64,000 nt of DNA, taken from the NCBI GenBank assembly GCA_965235115.1, contig OZ249436.1:7006001-7070000 (forward strand), in the 5' to 3' direction. The notes beneath the pieces are model-generated. The model was not told where the DNA came from. It ran no database searches and saw only the letters and a list, made by a program, of their open reading frames with translations. This document shows, piece after piece, positions 39,838-52,375 of this stretch (the first letter of the stretch is position 1; every line of letters begins with the position of its first letter). Both the position numbers and the translations under genes were made by a program. The stretch comes from Laetmonice hystrix (taxonomy: Eukaryota).

Positions 39838-39941
39838 CAGTGGTGGATCCAGGGGTTGCAACCCACCCCCACTCTCGTTACGAAGTAATTTTTCGTTTCT
39901 TCTGCTTCAGATTCATTGGCGCAAACATAGATCCGCCCCTG
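39838..39941. mobile_element. MITE-like element, GGCGGATCC family copy 3 (104 bp)
   Basis: Left end CAGTGGTGGATCCAGGGG; right end TAGATCCGCCCCTG (reverse complement CAGGGGCGGATCTA). Confidence 0.55.
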
Positions 39942-40463
39942 CCACCACACCCACGCCCACACTGACTGTACCTGGTCTGCCACCACGCCCACACTGACAC
40001 TGACTGTACCTGGTCTGCCACCACACCCACGCCCACACCCACACTGACTGTACCTGGTCTGCCACCACACCCACGCCCACACTGACACAGACTGTACCTG
40101 GTCTGCCACTACACCCATGCCCACACTGACTGTACCTGGTCTGCCACCACACCCACGCCCACACTGACACAGACTGTACCTGGTCTGCCACTACACCCAC
40201 GCCCACACTGACACTGACTGTACCTGGTCTGCCACCACACCCATGCCCACACTGACACTGACTGTACCTGGTCTGCCACCACACCCACGCCCACACTGAC
40301 TGTACCTGGTCTGCCACCACACCCACGCCCACACTGACACTGACTGTACCTGGTCTGCCACTACACCCACGCCCACACTGACACTGACTGTACCTGGTCT
40401 GCCACCACACCCACGCCCACACTAACTGTACCTGGTCTGCCGCCACACCCACGCCCACACCCA
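39942..40463. repeat. Minisatellite J, about 12 units of 38-44 bp (CCACCACACCCACGCCCACACTGACACTGACTGTACCTGGTCTG)
   Basis: Direct tandem copies, with length variation from the ACACTG sub-repeat. Confidence 0.97.
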
Positions 40464-41732
40464 CCTTAGCCCGGTGCCTCATACAGAGGGCTACCTGCTA
40501 TACCTTACCAATCTGATCGCCTTAGCCCGATGCCTCATACAGAGGGCTACCTGCTATACCTTACCAATCTGATCGCCTTGGCCCGATGCCTCATACAGAG
40601 AGCGACCTGCTATACCAATCTGATCGCCTTAGCCCGGTGCCTCATACAGAGAGCGACCTGCTATACCAATCTGATCGCCTTAGCCCGGTGCCTCATACAG
40701 AGGACTACCTGCTATACCTTAACAATCTGATCGCCTTAGCCCGGTGCCTCATACAGTGGGCTACCTGCTATACCTTAACAATCTGATCGCCTTAGCCCGG
40801 TGCCTCATACAGAGGACTACCTGCTATACCTTAACAATCTGATCGCCTTAGCCCGGTGCCTCATACAGAGAGCGACCTGCTATACCTTAACAATCTGATC
40901 GCCTTAGCCCGGTGCCTCATACAGAGGGCTACCTGCTATACCTTAACAATCTGATCGCCTTAGCCCGGTGCCTCATACAGAGAGCGACCTGCTATACCTT
41001 AACAATCTGATCGCCTTAGCCCGATGCCTCATACTGAGAGCTACCTGCTATACCTTAACAATCTAATCGCCTTAGCCCGGTGCCTCATACAGAGGGCGAC
41101 CTGCTATACCTTAACAATCTGATCGCCTTAGTCCGGTGCCTCATACAGAGGGCTACCTGCTATACCTTAACAATCTGATCGCCTTAGTCCGGTGCCTCAT
41201 ACAGAGAGCGACCTGCTATACCTTACCAATCTGATCGCCTTAGCCCGGTGCCTCATACAGAGGACTACCTGCTATACCTTAACAATCTGATCGCCTTAGC
41301 CCGGTGCCTCATACAGAGAGCGACCTGCTATACGGTACCTGATCGCCTTAGCCCGATGCCTCATACAGAGGGCTACCTGCTATACCTTAACAATCTGATC
41401 GCCTTAGCCCGGTGCCTCATACAGAGAGCGACCTGCTATACGGTACCTGATCGCCTTAGCCCGATGCCTCATACAGAGAGCGACCTGCTATACCTTAACA
41501 ATCTGATCGCCTTAGCCCGGTGCCTCATACAGAGGACTACCTGCTATACCTTAACAATCTGATCGCCTTAGCCCGGTGCCTCATACAGAGAGCGACCTGC
41601 TATACGGTACCTGATCGCCTTAGCCCGATGCCTCATACAGAGAGCGACCTGCTATACCTTACCAATCTGATCGCCTTAGCCCGATGCCTCATACAGAGGA
41701 CTACCTGCTATACCTTAACAATCTGATCGCCT
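40464..41732. repeat. Minisatellite K, about 23 units of about 50-56 bp (CGCCTTAGCCCGGTGCCTCATACAGAGGGCTACCTGCTATACCTTAACAATCTGAT)
   Basis: Direct tandem copies abutting array J with no spacer. Confidence 0.98.
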
Positions 41733-44700
41733 ATGAACTCGGGGATAATTGACACTCTCGCGGCAAACCAAGACAACTTAATTGCTCGCACAGAGAGTAG
41801 CGTCAGTAGATAGGGTTTCAGATATACATGTCGACGGTTAATGATTTGGGGGTACAGCCAATGTAGAAGAACGGTGCTCAGATTACTGTAGACCTTTTGT
41901 ATGTGCAGGCATCATCAAGACCTCTCCAAGTTGGGCCACCCTCATCTCTATGGAATATCCTGTATCTCTCGACACGTTGCACATACGGCTACGTATGGTT
42001 ATGAGGATATAGTCATGATAGAGTTTACTTGGTAAAAGTATCACACGATACTTCTGAGATAAGTTCACCCTGAAAAGTGGATAACGTCTTCCTGACGTTA
42101 ATAGTTCCACGTTTCTAGGCTAGGGGGCGCCACTAGCTGATGCTGGCTGTAAATAGGACCGTTGTTAGGGAGACAGCCAGGACTTCAGACGCTGCGTCCT
42201 GTGGTGATAAAGGCGGGGCATAAGAGCCTGGGGTTCCCTCCACAAACTGACAACAGTGGTAGCAGCAAGCCTACCACCCATTTTTTCGGACGAGCTATTA
42301 TTATAGAATCTGAGGTCGGCAGCGCTCGCCATATGCCACTGGATAGTAAGAACGGAGACTATATGAGGATTGGGAACAATGACCCAGGACGCCGCAGTGA
42401 TGTTCTACCTACTGAAAGCCCCATTGTAGAGGGGTAGATTTCGCCACGAGAGTTTTTCTGGCTAGAGAGCCGTCTGCTACAAAGAGAGGCCGGCATAAGA
42501 GGGGTGAAGAGAGGGAGTGAGCGCCCTTGAGCGACAGCGGGATCGTGCCGGAGTCCATATGGTGGGTCTGGGTGGGGGCTGGGGAGGCCGTGCTCGCAGG
42601 GTTACCGGGGGTGGGCGACGGTCACCTCCCTAATCAACACTAATTTAGTAATGGATGAGTCAAATTGGAAGACAAAAGGTGGGACCTCATTAGCGGGAGG
42701 CCCAGCTTTGCCCTAATCATGCCCTATGACAATTGATAACACCAACTCGTCAGCGTCCCTCACAATAGCTACCCGAACAACCCTTACGGTGACCACCCCC
42801 ACCCCCACCGACCGAGTGACGGAGGGGCAGTAGAAAATCTCCACTAATCCAGCTCCTTTGTGCTACAGTCTGACTTAATGATACCTGACGTCCGATGCTA
42901 ATCCTGAACAATACTGGTCAACCCCTGGAAAAAAAAGTCGCTGACCAATGTCAATTTTCTGCTGACTTTAGAAGATGAGACAGTGAGCACCGAGTTGACG
43001 GTCAGCTTTTGTTCTAGTGACCTCGACACCCCGACTGATCATCTGTGCCCAGTTCCTGGCACGGCTGCTCGGAGCAAACTTCCGAGTCACCCTCTGCTCA
43101 GCTAACACCATGAGTAATAGAGATTACAGTAGGCTCTACACAATGGCCAAAGACTTGACCATAAATTCTACGCGTTGAAATGAACTTAATCTGCTCCGTC
43201 TGTGGCTAATTACTGTCTCCCCTGAGGCCTAGCCACCGCAACATTGGTTCTGTCTCTATGTGATGCCGAGAAGGCACACTATGATCTGCCTGGCTGACCA
43301 TAACGGCACTCCTGTGTTCAATTTACACGCTCCGATCTGATCTTCCATGAACGCTGGACGTGTACCTCTCCTGTGTACATCTGAGTCACTGTCACCTCTG
43401 CGTAGTGTAAGAAGTTTTAATGATCAAATCTTGGCGACATGTTGCAGCGTTTAGAAACCAACCAGCGTCCTTACCACACGAAGATTATGAATAATTCATT
43501 CTAATTGGATGGGTAGGATCTGGTGGTGATCAATGATTTCTTTACGGTTACCATGACAATGTCGGTTCATGTGAGCAGGATGCATTACTGTCCAACCCTG
43601 AGGTAACTTTATCAAGCTGACCCTCATTAACTGTACAACGTTTGTAAACATTTCTTATTGGTAAATCAGACATGCCTTCTAACCGTCACGTGTACAAGTA
43701 ATCAAATTTCTAATATCTATTTAGAACATTTCGACCTTACACATTGTTTTACAGGATGAATTCTATGCATGCAGTTTTAAATCGTATTTCCAAAGAACGA
43801 TAATTATGATCCCTTCCTCCTTAGTTTGTCTCCTATTTAAACTGGAAAATGTTGGTCTCTTCTGTCGTTGTCCTTTCTATGTACATTGTACTTGAAAGAA
43901 AGATAAGCGAGGTATTCGAACGACCGTTAAGAAGTTCTTTTCTCTCATTTTTAAAAGGAATCAAAAACCATAGAATGAACATAGAATAAACAGAGCTAAT
44001 ATAGCTATGTATTTTTTCATTCCTTTCCAGACAAAACCTTCTGTTTTAAATGGAGAAAAGGGACTCCGCCACGCCGACTGTCGCACTCAGCATATTGCAT
44101 TCTTGACATTATGACTATCGACATTTGACAAGGCGAATGGAATTCCAATAAAGATAGCCCTGTGTGTGCGCTCAGTGGTGGTCGACATTGTCCAGACCCA
44201 CGTGTTACCGTGTCCAACCAACGTGCCGCCACACAAACCCATGCCAATACGTATTTCCAGCGCCAACCTTGACACTTTACAAATTCTGCCTCTCAGGATG
44301 AATTACTGCTGATGTCGTATACAGTTGGGAAACGCTGGGATGGGTGGGTAGGGGGGTGGTTGGGTGGGGTAGGGGGGATGTCACGTTCCCTAACAATATT
44401 ACATGAGTGTTGTGAACTTTGACCGCAGTGATAAGTGTCGTATTGACACGTGTCTGTGAGCGGAATATGTCCAGAATTTATCAGGAGACTGCCGTGTCCT
44501 CCTGTCAAAAATATCTCCTCCATACAGCTTCCTGTTCCCAGAAAATACCACTTTTCTCTGACAGCTTGTTTGCTTTGTGCTGACGAATCACATTCCTACA
44601 TGTTTGCCTATGTTTGTCCCTCCACTTTTTCCTTCCCTGTCTGAGTTAGGCTCACCATTAGATGGGCTTGCTGACCCAGCAACCAACTTTACACAACGCC

Positions 44701-44880
44701 GCCAATAAATGCCTCAGCATCATCCCGTTCCGTTAGATTACCTTACCAATAATTTGGTTTTCTAGATGCTTATCTGAATGCTAATCTTCGGATTAACTCG
44801 ACCATTCATCTCTATTAGACCCATGCACAGTTTATCGACTGAATACCCAGCTACTTGCCTTGCACGGTTCTACCCTACAT

Positions 44881-45441
44881 ATCCCTCTCTAGCTTATCTA
44901 ACATTGTCAACATGTTCTGTCATAGACCACAATCCCTCTCTAGCCTATCTAACATTATCAACATGTTCTGTCACAGACCACAATCCCTCTCTAGCCTATC
45001 TAACATTGTCAACATGTTCTGTCATAGACCACAATCCCTCTCTAGCCTATCTAACATTGTCAACATTTTCTGTCACAGACCACAATCCCTCTCTAGCCTA
45101 TCTAACATTCTCAACATGTTCTGTCACAGACCACAATCCCTCTCTAGCCTATCTAACATTGTCAACATGTTCTGTCACAGACCACAATCCCTCTCTAGCC
45201 TATCTAACATTGTCAACATGTTCTGTCACAGACCACAATCCCTCTCTAGCCTATCTAACATTGTCAACATGTTCTGTCACAGACCACAATCCCTCTCTAG
45301 CCTATCTAACATTGTCAACATGTTCTATCACAGACCACAATCCCTCTCTAGCCTATCTAACATTGTCAACATGTTCTGTCACAGACCACAATCCCTCTCT
45401 AGCCTATCTAACATTGTCAACATGCTCTGTCATGGACCACA
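44881..45441. repeat. Minisatellite L, 11 units of 51 bp (ATCCCTCTCTAGCCTATCTAACATTGTCAACATGTTCTGTCACAGACCACA)
   Basis: Direct tandem copies. Explains ORFs 44778..45458 and 44855..45580. Confidence 0.98.
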
Positions 45442-48400
45442 CAGATCGTGTACTGTAGCATATACCATATGTCGTATAGGCGATTACTTATTAAATTTTG
45501 TTTACATTGATGCTTCCTTCATAATTATCATCGTTTACATTGTCATCATCATACTTTACCCCTTGCTTCTAACATTCTAACCGGCACGCCTAGACAGCAG
45601 ACCTATCACAATCAACCTTCCTTGAGACGACCATCGTCTCGTAGAATTCCCAGCCCGTCCAATCAAACACGACGGCCAAACACACACTTCTCCCAACTTT
45701 AAATGTCGAAGTAATGTCGAAGTGTCAGAAACCCCGGTCATTTTCTGACCTAGGTCTACCTTTAAATCGTTTCACGTTTCATGAAATGGCTGCTGTAGGT
45801 TGACAGTGGTCCAGACTTGGGTTATGTTCGTAGTTCCATTTGTTTTCGGTAGAGTATTTCAATCACATGATATCACAAGGTTCAGGTTACCTGGGATCAG
45901 GCCAGTAATCAGGCAATGGAATAAGTTGTTTCTTCACCCGATATACTCAATAAGTTTACCGTTTTCAACAATCCATCTTTAGACATTTTGAAAATTTTGT
46001 CAAATCATGGCCTATATCGGAGGACGCAAACATTGTTTTTGTCTGCCCTGACTCGAGCTACCTAATCCATAGTGCCAGGGGGAACACCCTTCCCCTAATT
46101 CCACCCCCCTAGGGTGACCAACCACCCTTAGCTCATTCAACTCCCCGTGTGTGCTTGGGCCCGGCCCTCAACCCACCGACCAAAGGGGTTCTTGTGCTCC
46201 CCCCAGGGCACCCACCCTCCACGTACTCCCGAGGGGTGGCAGGGGTGGGAGTTTTGATGAAGCACCTGTTCAGGATCTCTGCTTGAATTCACCTCACATC
46301 TTTCTGAATTAACAGGATATCCTATCGGAAAATGACGAAAAAGGAACTCGGTGTTGTATATGATATGAAACGCGAACATCAGAATATTCTACTTTATGGA
46401 GCGAGCCCTGCAATGTCCAACTAATCGTTCAGGGTCTGGCTGGAACACCAGGTAAGGTAATGGTAAGGTAATGGTGGTCTCCATACAGGAGGCCTTTTTG
46501 ATCTACAGACCCAAATTCCCAATAGGTCAGTCCACACAATTGCATGGCTAATCACTCAGGCCTGAAATGAGGATTTGACCTTTGGTCCAAATGGCGTTTC
46601 CCTCGTGCCCTTAGAGTCAATGTATAAAGCCATTCTGTCGTGGACGCCACCACAGTCTGACACGGCCAGGATGGCATGTGTCCTGGGATCCTGTGTTCTG
46701 AGATGAAAAGGCTAGATAAAAATGAGCTAATATTGAAGAGAGAAAGAGATTATGATTGACGGACACTGCGACGATCAGTACGAAATAATCTAAGTCAGAA
46801 TATTTCCAAATTTATAAACAGTTTAAATTATCACTTCAAGCATCGTTCATATTAAAATAAATTGTAGTTAAAATAGAATGCGTTTCGTTTCTAGATCAAA
46901 TGTCCTCATCTTACCAATCAGATATTGATTGTTGTGTGGAGATATCAAGAGGAATTGCCGAGCGGATGGATACAACCCAATCACACACACAGAGTAAAGG
47001 GCCCAGGTTCACCTATAGTGCACTCATGGAAGATGTGTACGTAGATCTTTTTCGAAATAAACCAACCAGAAAACCCTGCGTTCATTCAGAGATCTTGCCC
47101 ATCTCTGGTTCATTCTTTGACAACACATCATCTGCGCGAACTTTTTAAACCCTGAAAATGTCAACGGGAGTTTCAAAAATGTTCTTTGTCTTAGGACGAC
47201 CTCGGCGAGCATCTGAGATGATGACAATAAGATGTTGGACAGAACGCTCCAGTCCCATCCCCCATTTTCAAACAATGGCTTGAACATGACGCCCCTGAAC
47301 GTGATGTCTGGTGCATGTCTTAAGGCAAATTTGTTAATTAATTTGGCTGCTGCACCGTCCGGGATGGTCGGCTGGCTATTAGAAGTGACAGCCGATGCTT
47401 GGCTCAGCAACGTGGTCATGACACAAGAGATGTTAGACGCCTAATGATTGGTCGACTCATAAAATGCGCGGGGTAAAACTCAACCAGGTGTGAGAATGGA
47501 GAAGGTTCTCCCGTAATGATTCCATGCCTCCAGGGCCAAGGTGGCACGCACTTCACAAACTAAACTACTCCACCACTATTCTCTAAACTGTCTGCATTGT
47601 ACTTCTTCATATTCTATACGAGCAAGGAAAGAACACGGAGAATGATATTATGGACTGACAGGTTTTCCTTTTCAGTTTTTTATATCCACAATTTTTTCTA
47701 ATGCCCGTTTGTTATGGGACTGTCCCCGTTAAGGTTCCACAAGAGAGGTGCGCTTCTTCATGATGACATCATGGGAAAAAGGCAATGAAAACAACGTTTG
47801 AAATTTTGTTCAAGCATCCGGTTTAAAGGATTCGAATTCTGTCCTTTCTTGTAATATGATCCTGAGATTCGCCCTGTTTGCACAGCATGCCCACAGGCCG
47901 ACCTTCCTAGAAGCATACACCGAGTTGTATGTGTCCCCTTCAGCAGTGAGCCAGCGCTGCGGTATCGTGGATTCCTCCTTTACAACATTAATATCCACGA
48001 TGTCATAGGGGGACAGTCAGTCAGAACCAGGTGTGATCGACGCTTCTATAGCTGCCTGCCTGGCCTGGCGGTCCCCTGTCACACTCCCCTGCTACTCCCA
48101 GCTTGGGGTCACAGCCCCCAAGTCATACCCAAATGACAGCTGCCTCCAAACCCACCCCTCGCACCTCAACTGCGAATCTGACCACACAAAAAACATTTCC
48201 TCCTCCTTTGAAGCCCCCTGGTGGGAGCTAAATGAAGTGCAGTCAATGAAATTGGTACATTTTGTGCGATCAGCAGCGCCTAACAATACTATCCAGAGTT
48301 CATCCACGGCCCCAAAAAGGCAATTGGCCTCGGCCGTAGATGGGTTCGTTACTCGATACTATTCCCGTTCGTCCTTGTATCAGTTTGAAGGTCAAAGGAA

Positions 48401-50365
48401 ACGCAGGTCCACGAAACCCGGAAATACAGGAAATTATGAAGTTGTAAACGAAAAGCTACTTTTCACCCTTAACTGAAAGTTAGGGCCATAGCGTATACCG
48501 TCAAACAACTCGCAGTCATTGTGCCATCAGCATGGTTGCAAAATGATTTTCTTTTCGTCCCTTTAACGTTGGAAGTCGGGTAAGAAGAATGTATTTTGTA
48601 GCCCAGAGAACTTCGAAAGTTTAGTGCACTAAAGTGTACAATTACCAAACCCACTGTACCAATTGTACCTCATGTAGTGTCATTATGTCCGCTGTGTCAG
48701 CGACAGTGCCCTGACTTTAACCTCAACTACATTGCAACATCTAACAGACTCAACTCGAATACATTTTTGTCGGACACAGATTTATCAAAGGAAATATATG
48801 CACCAGTAATTTGGTTTTCACAAGGAAAAAAATGGTTTGACAAATGTTTACTTCTAAAATACTGGTCTCCGCCCCCAACGGCAGGCAGAAAATATGAGGT
48901 GAGAATGATAACGTACCTACTGGTGCACATGATATACATATGAAAACGTTAGAACCTGTCTATGAACTGTCAGCTGACAAAGCCAGGCAGACAGACCTGA
49001 AATTTTGATTAAATGACTTGTCCCGATGTCTCCCTGCGGAGATGCCTGCTGACCCACACTTGTGTCAACTGGGGAGAAAACATCGACCTACCATTAGTTT
49101 TAAGCTTTCACCCTCAGGATTCAACCTTTTAACCTTTTTTTAGGGTCATTTTTTCAGTACCTTGCCAGCCATGAAGAACCAAACCAAGGGGGCACAAAGC
49201 ACCTGACTATACTTGAAAGTCTGGTTTATAGTGGGTGACTTCAATGTCACTTTACGCTTACACTGTGGTTGTCACAGCAGGATCTACCCTATAGATCACT
49301 GAGACACCCCCTGGATCGATAGCTGGGGGTCTAAAGCAGGTGATCTTACTCGCATCCCCTGCTGTTTGCCGAACGTAGCTAACAAAAAAACGTGTAGGAC
49401 GTATGAAAGAGGGTCCAGGAGAGTGTGTGAATGGCGGCAGACCTGGGTGGTCCTCTGTTGATGTCAGTGTCACGAGGACTACTCCCTAACAATGAGCTCG
49501 CGTCAGTACATCATTTAGTGTCATTTACCCAGCTATGACACCAGGCCATTGTGGCCAGCAGAGTCCCTCCCTCCGTGAACCGGGACACAATCCTGTCAAT
49601 GACAGAAGCACCCAATGGGGGCACGGCATAGCCCTGGTCAGATAGGCCAGGAAGCCGTACTATAGTCACACCACTTATGTCACAACACCCCGCTCCTATC
49701 AGCCTGGGAAACCCATTCAGTACGTACCCAATCATCAATACGCAAAATCTTCATTCTCAAAGCATGGTTTAGTCGCTATTAACCTTGAGGTACGCTCATC
49801 TGAAATCTACCATACTGCAAAGATGAAGTTCCTGTCTTTGCTGAATGTAACATTTTGATTGATGACATCATGACATCTGAAATCATTTATTCATGTAAGA
49901 TAACACATTTTCCTTCATGCGCGGGAAGCTGGGTTTAAATGATTCCCATGTTATGGACAAAGGTAGGGACGTCAGTATCTGCATGTAACAGACCGCGAGC
50001 AGCCCCGTGATCAGCAGGGGAGATGTAGCCTATTTCTCTCAAACGGAATCAGGTTTCGGTACAGAAATTGATTATAATTCACCAGAGCTGATTACCCTGG
50101 CAGAACAATGGGTGCTCTTTGAAATATCATACTCTACAAGGAAAATATCGTTTTCACTACATGGAAACCATTTTGTAATAAATCATAACTTCAAAGGCAA
50201 ACGCCCTGTTGTTTGTAATGATGCGTGATTTGACTGGCAGGTGGGAAGCTAATTTGTGACATCACCGTCGCTCTCAAATGAAATCAAGGCTTGGCTTTTT
50301 TTAATGAAATTTGATACCATAATGGAATTCTTTTGTCATCCGTTCGAGGTTTATGATCCATGGCC

Positions 50366-51264
50366 AGTGAAATGTCGGATTTACCATTACTGCTGGTATC
50401 AGGTTAACACACAGAGCAGTACTGGTGTAACTGTGTGGGAGCCGAGTTAGTGAAATGTCGGATTTACCATTACTGCTGGTATCAGGTTAACACACAGAGC
50501 AGTACTGGTGTAACTGTGTAGGAGCCGAGCCAGTGAAATGTCGGATTTACCATTACTGCTGGTATCAGGTTAACACACAGAGCAGTACTGGTGTAACTGT
50601 GTGGGAGCCGAGTTAGTGAAATGTCGGATTTACCATTACTGCTGGTATCAGGTTAACAAACCAAGCAGTACTGGTGTAACTGTGTGGGAGCCGAGTTAGT
50701 GAAATGTCGGATTTACCATTACTGCTGGTATCAGGTTAACAAACCAAGCAGTACTGGTGTAACTGTGTGGGAGCCGAGTTAGTGAAATGTCGGATTTACC
50801 ATTACTGCTGGTATCAGGTTAACACACAGAGCAGTACTGGTGTAACTGTGTGGGAGCCGAGTTAGTGAAATGTCGGATTTACCATTACTGCTGGTATCAG
50901 GTTAACACACAGAACAGTACTGGTGTAAGTGTGTGGGAGCCGAGTTAGTGAAATGTCGGATTTACCATTACTGCTGGTATCAGGTTAACACACAGAGCAG
51001 TACTGGTGTAACTGTGTGGGAGCCGAGTTAGTGAAATGTCGGATTTACCATTACTGCTGGTATCAGGTTAACACACAGAGCAGTACTGGTGTAAGTGTGT
51101 GGGAGCCGAGTTAGTGAAATGTCGGATTTACCATTACTGCTGGTATCAGGTTAACACACAGAACAGTACTGGTGTAAGTGTGTGGGAGCCGAGTTAGTGA
51201 AATGTCGGATTTACCATTACTGCTGGTATCAGGTTAACACACAGAGCAGTACTGGTGTAACTGT
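50366..51264. repeat. Minisatellite M, about 10.8 units of 83 bp
   Basis: Unit AGTGAAATGTCGGATTTACCATTACTGCTGGTATCAGGTTAACACACAGAGCAGTACTGGTGTAACTGTGTGGGAGCCGAGTT, with starts at 50366, 50449 and onward. Confidence 0.98.
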
Positions 51265-52361
51265 AACTACATACATTCCCTAGCCCCTCGCGAGCAGTTA
51301 GATCTGTGAATCGTAGGTCATTCATATGGCAAAGAATGAGATACTCGTTATTTCCAGGTCCCTTAACAAACTCTTTAAACATATATAGTGTTTGTAAACA
51401 TAGTGACTGCACATATGGATGTAAAAACTCGCATTGATTAAACAGTTTAAAGTATGACCGCTATGCTGAAATCCTTGTAAGTCCTGATTTCTCATCAATT
51501 TTAAAATATTCGTCCATGAGTTTGTAATAAGGGTGGCCAACCGCAGACTTTGGGGGAGGGCGGAGCAGCCGCCCCCTCTTCCAAACGACAACGCCCCTTT
51601 CATAATAGCAACTAGCTTACCCCTTCAGGCCTTCATTCGTACCTTTCATGAAATTCTAATTCTGCCATTCATAATGGCCCACGAAATATACCACTTTTTC
51701 CTGTCAGTAGAGACTCCCCGAACTCCCGCCTCCTGCCCCCCCCCCCCCCCCATGAAGCGTCGTGCCTTGGGTGCTTACAGTGACAGGTTTCACCCGGCAC
51801 ACCCAGTCGTCCCAATGGTTTAAGTGCAACACGACCTCTGCTAATTTATGGTACTCTGTAAAGCTTATTGACACAACCAGGTAAGCTGAACATTTTGGAA
51901 AGCTGAGATTTATCTACTAATAGGTAATAATTTGTGGACATAAACACCTGCTGTTGAGCCAAGAAAGAAAATCTGGGTTTAACCCAGCCACGGTTTTACA
52001 GAATCGTTACTTTACTAGTGTTGGTGCAACTGGAGTGGACTGAACAATAGCCAGCATTTAATGGGTTATGACCAAGCTCATACTCTCACATTACTGGTCT
52101 CAAAGATGTCTATTAATATTACACTTTAAGATTTTATTAAAGAAAAACAAGGATGGGAATCATTGCAAGTGTTTTCTAACAAGGGTACATTAATCTTTCA
52201 ATGGATCAGACTGACAGTTTAACTTGATAAATGATCAACTACTATATTTACGAGACAGTTACGAGAGTCCTCCACAAAACCCATCAGCTCTCACCATCTA
52301 ACATCTCGCTGTCCATTAAAACCCCCTCCTCATACAATACCATGTTTACGGAATCAGTCTA

Positions 52362-52375
52362 GTTCCCATAGCAAC
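52362..52375. promoter_or_regulatory. RFX X-box consensus GTTCCCATAGCAAC
   Basis: Full 14-bp match. Confidence 0.3.

Noticed and set aside
44778-45580. ORFs of 226 and 241 aa
   Set aside because: Read-through of the 51-bp array L.
51530-51960. G/C-run-bounded segment and a GGAAAGCTGAGATT motif suggestive of DNA-transposon remnants
   Set aside because: No matching inverted ends or TSD could be defined.
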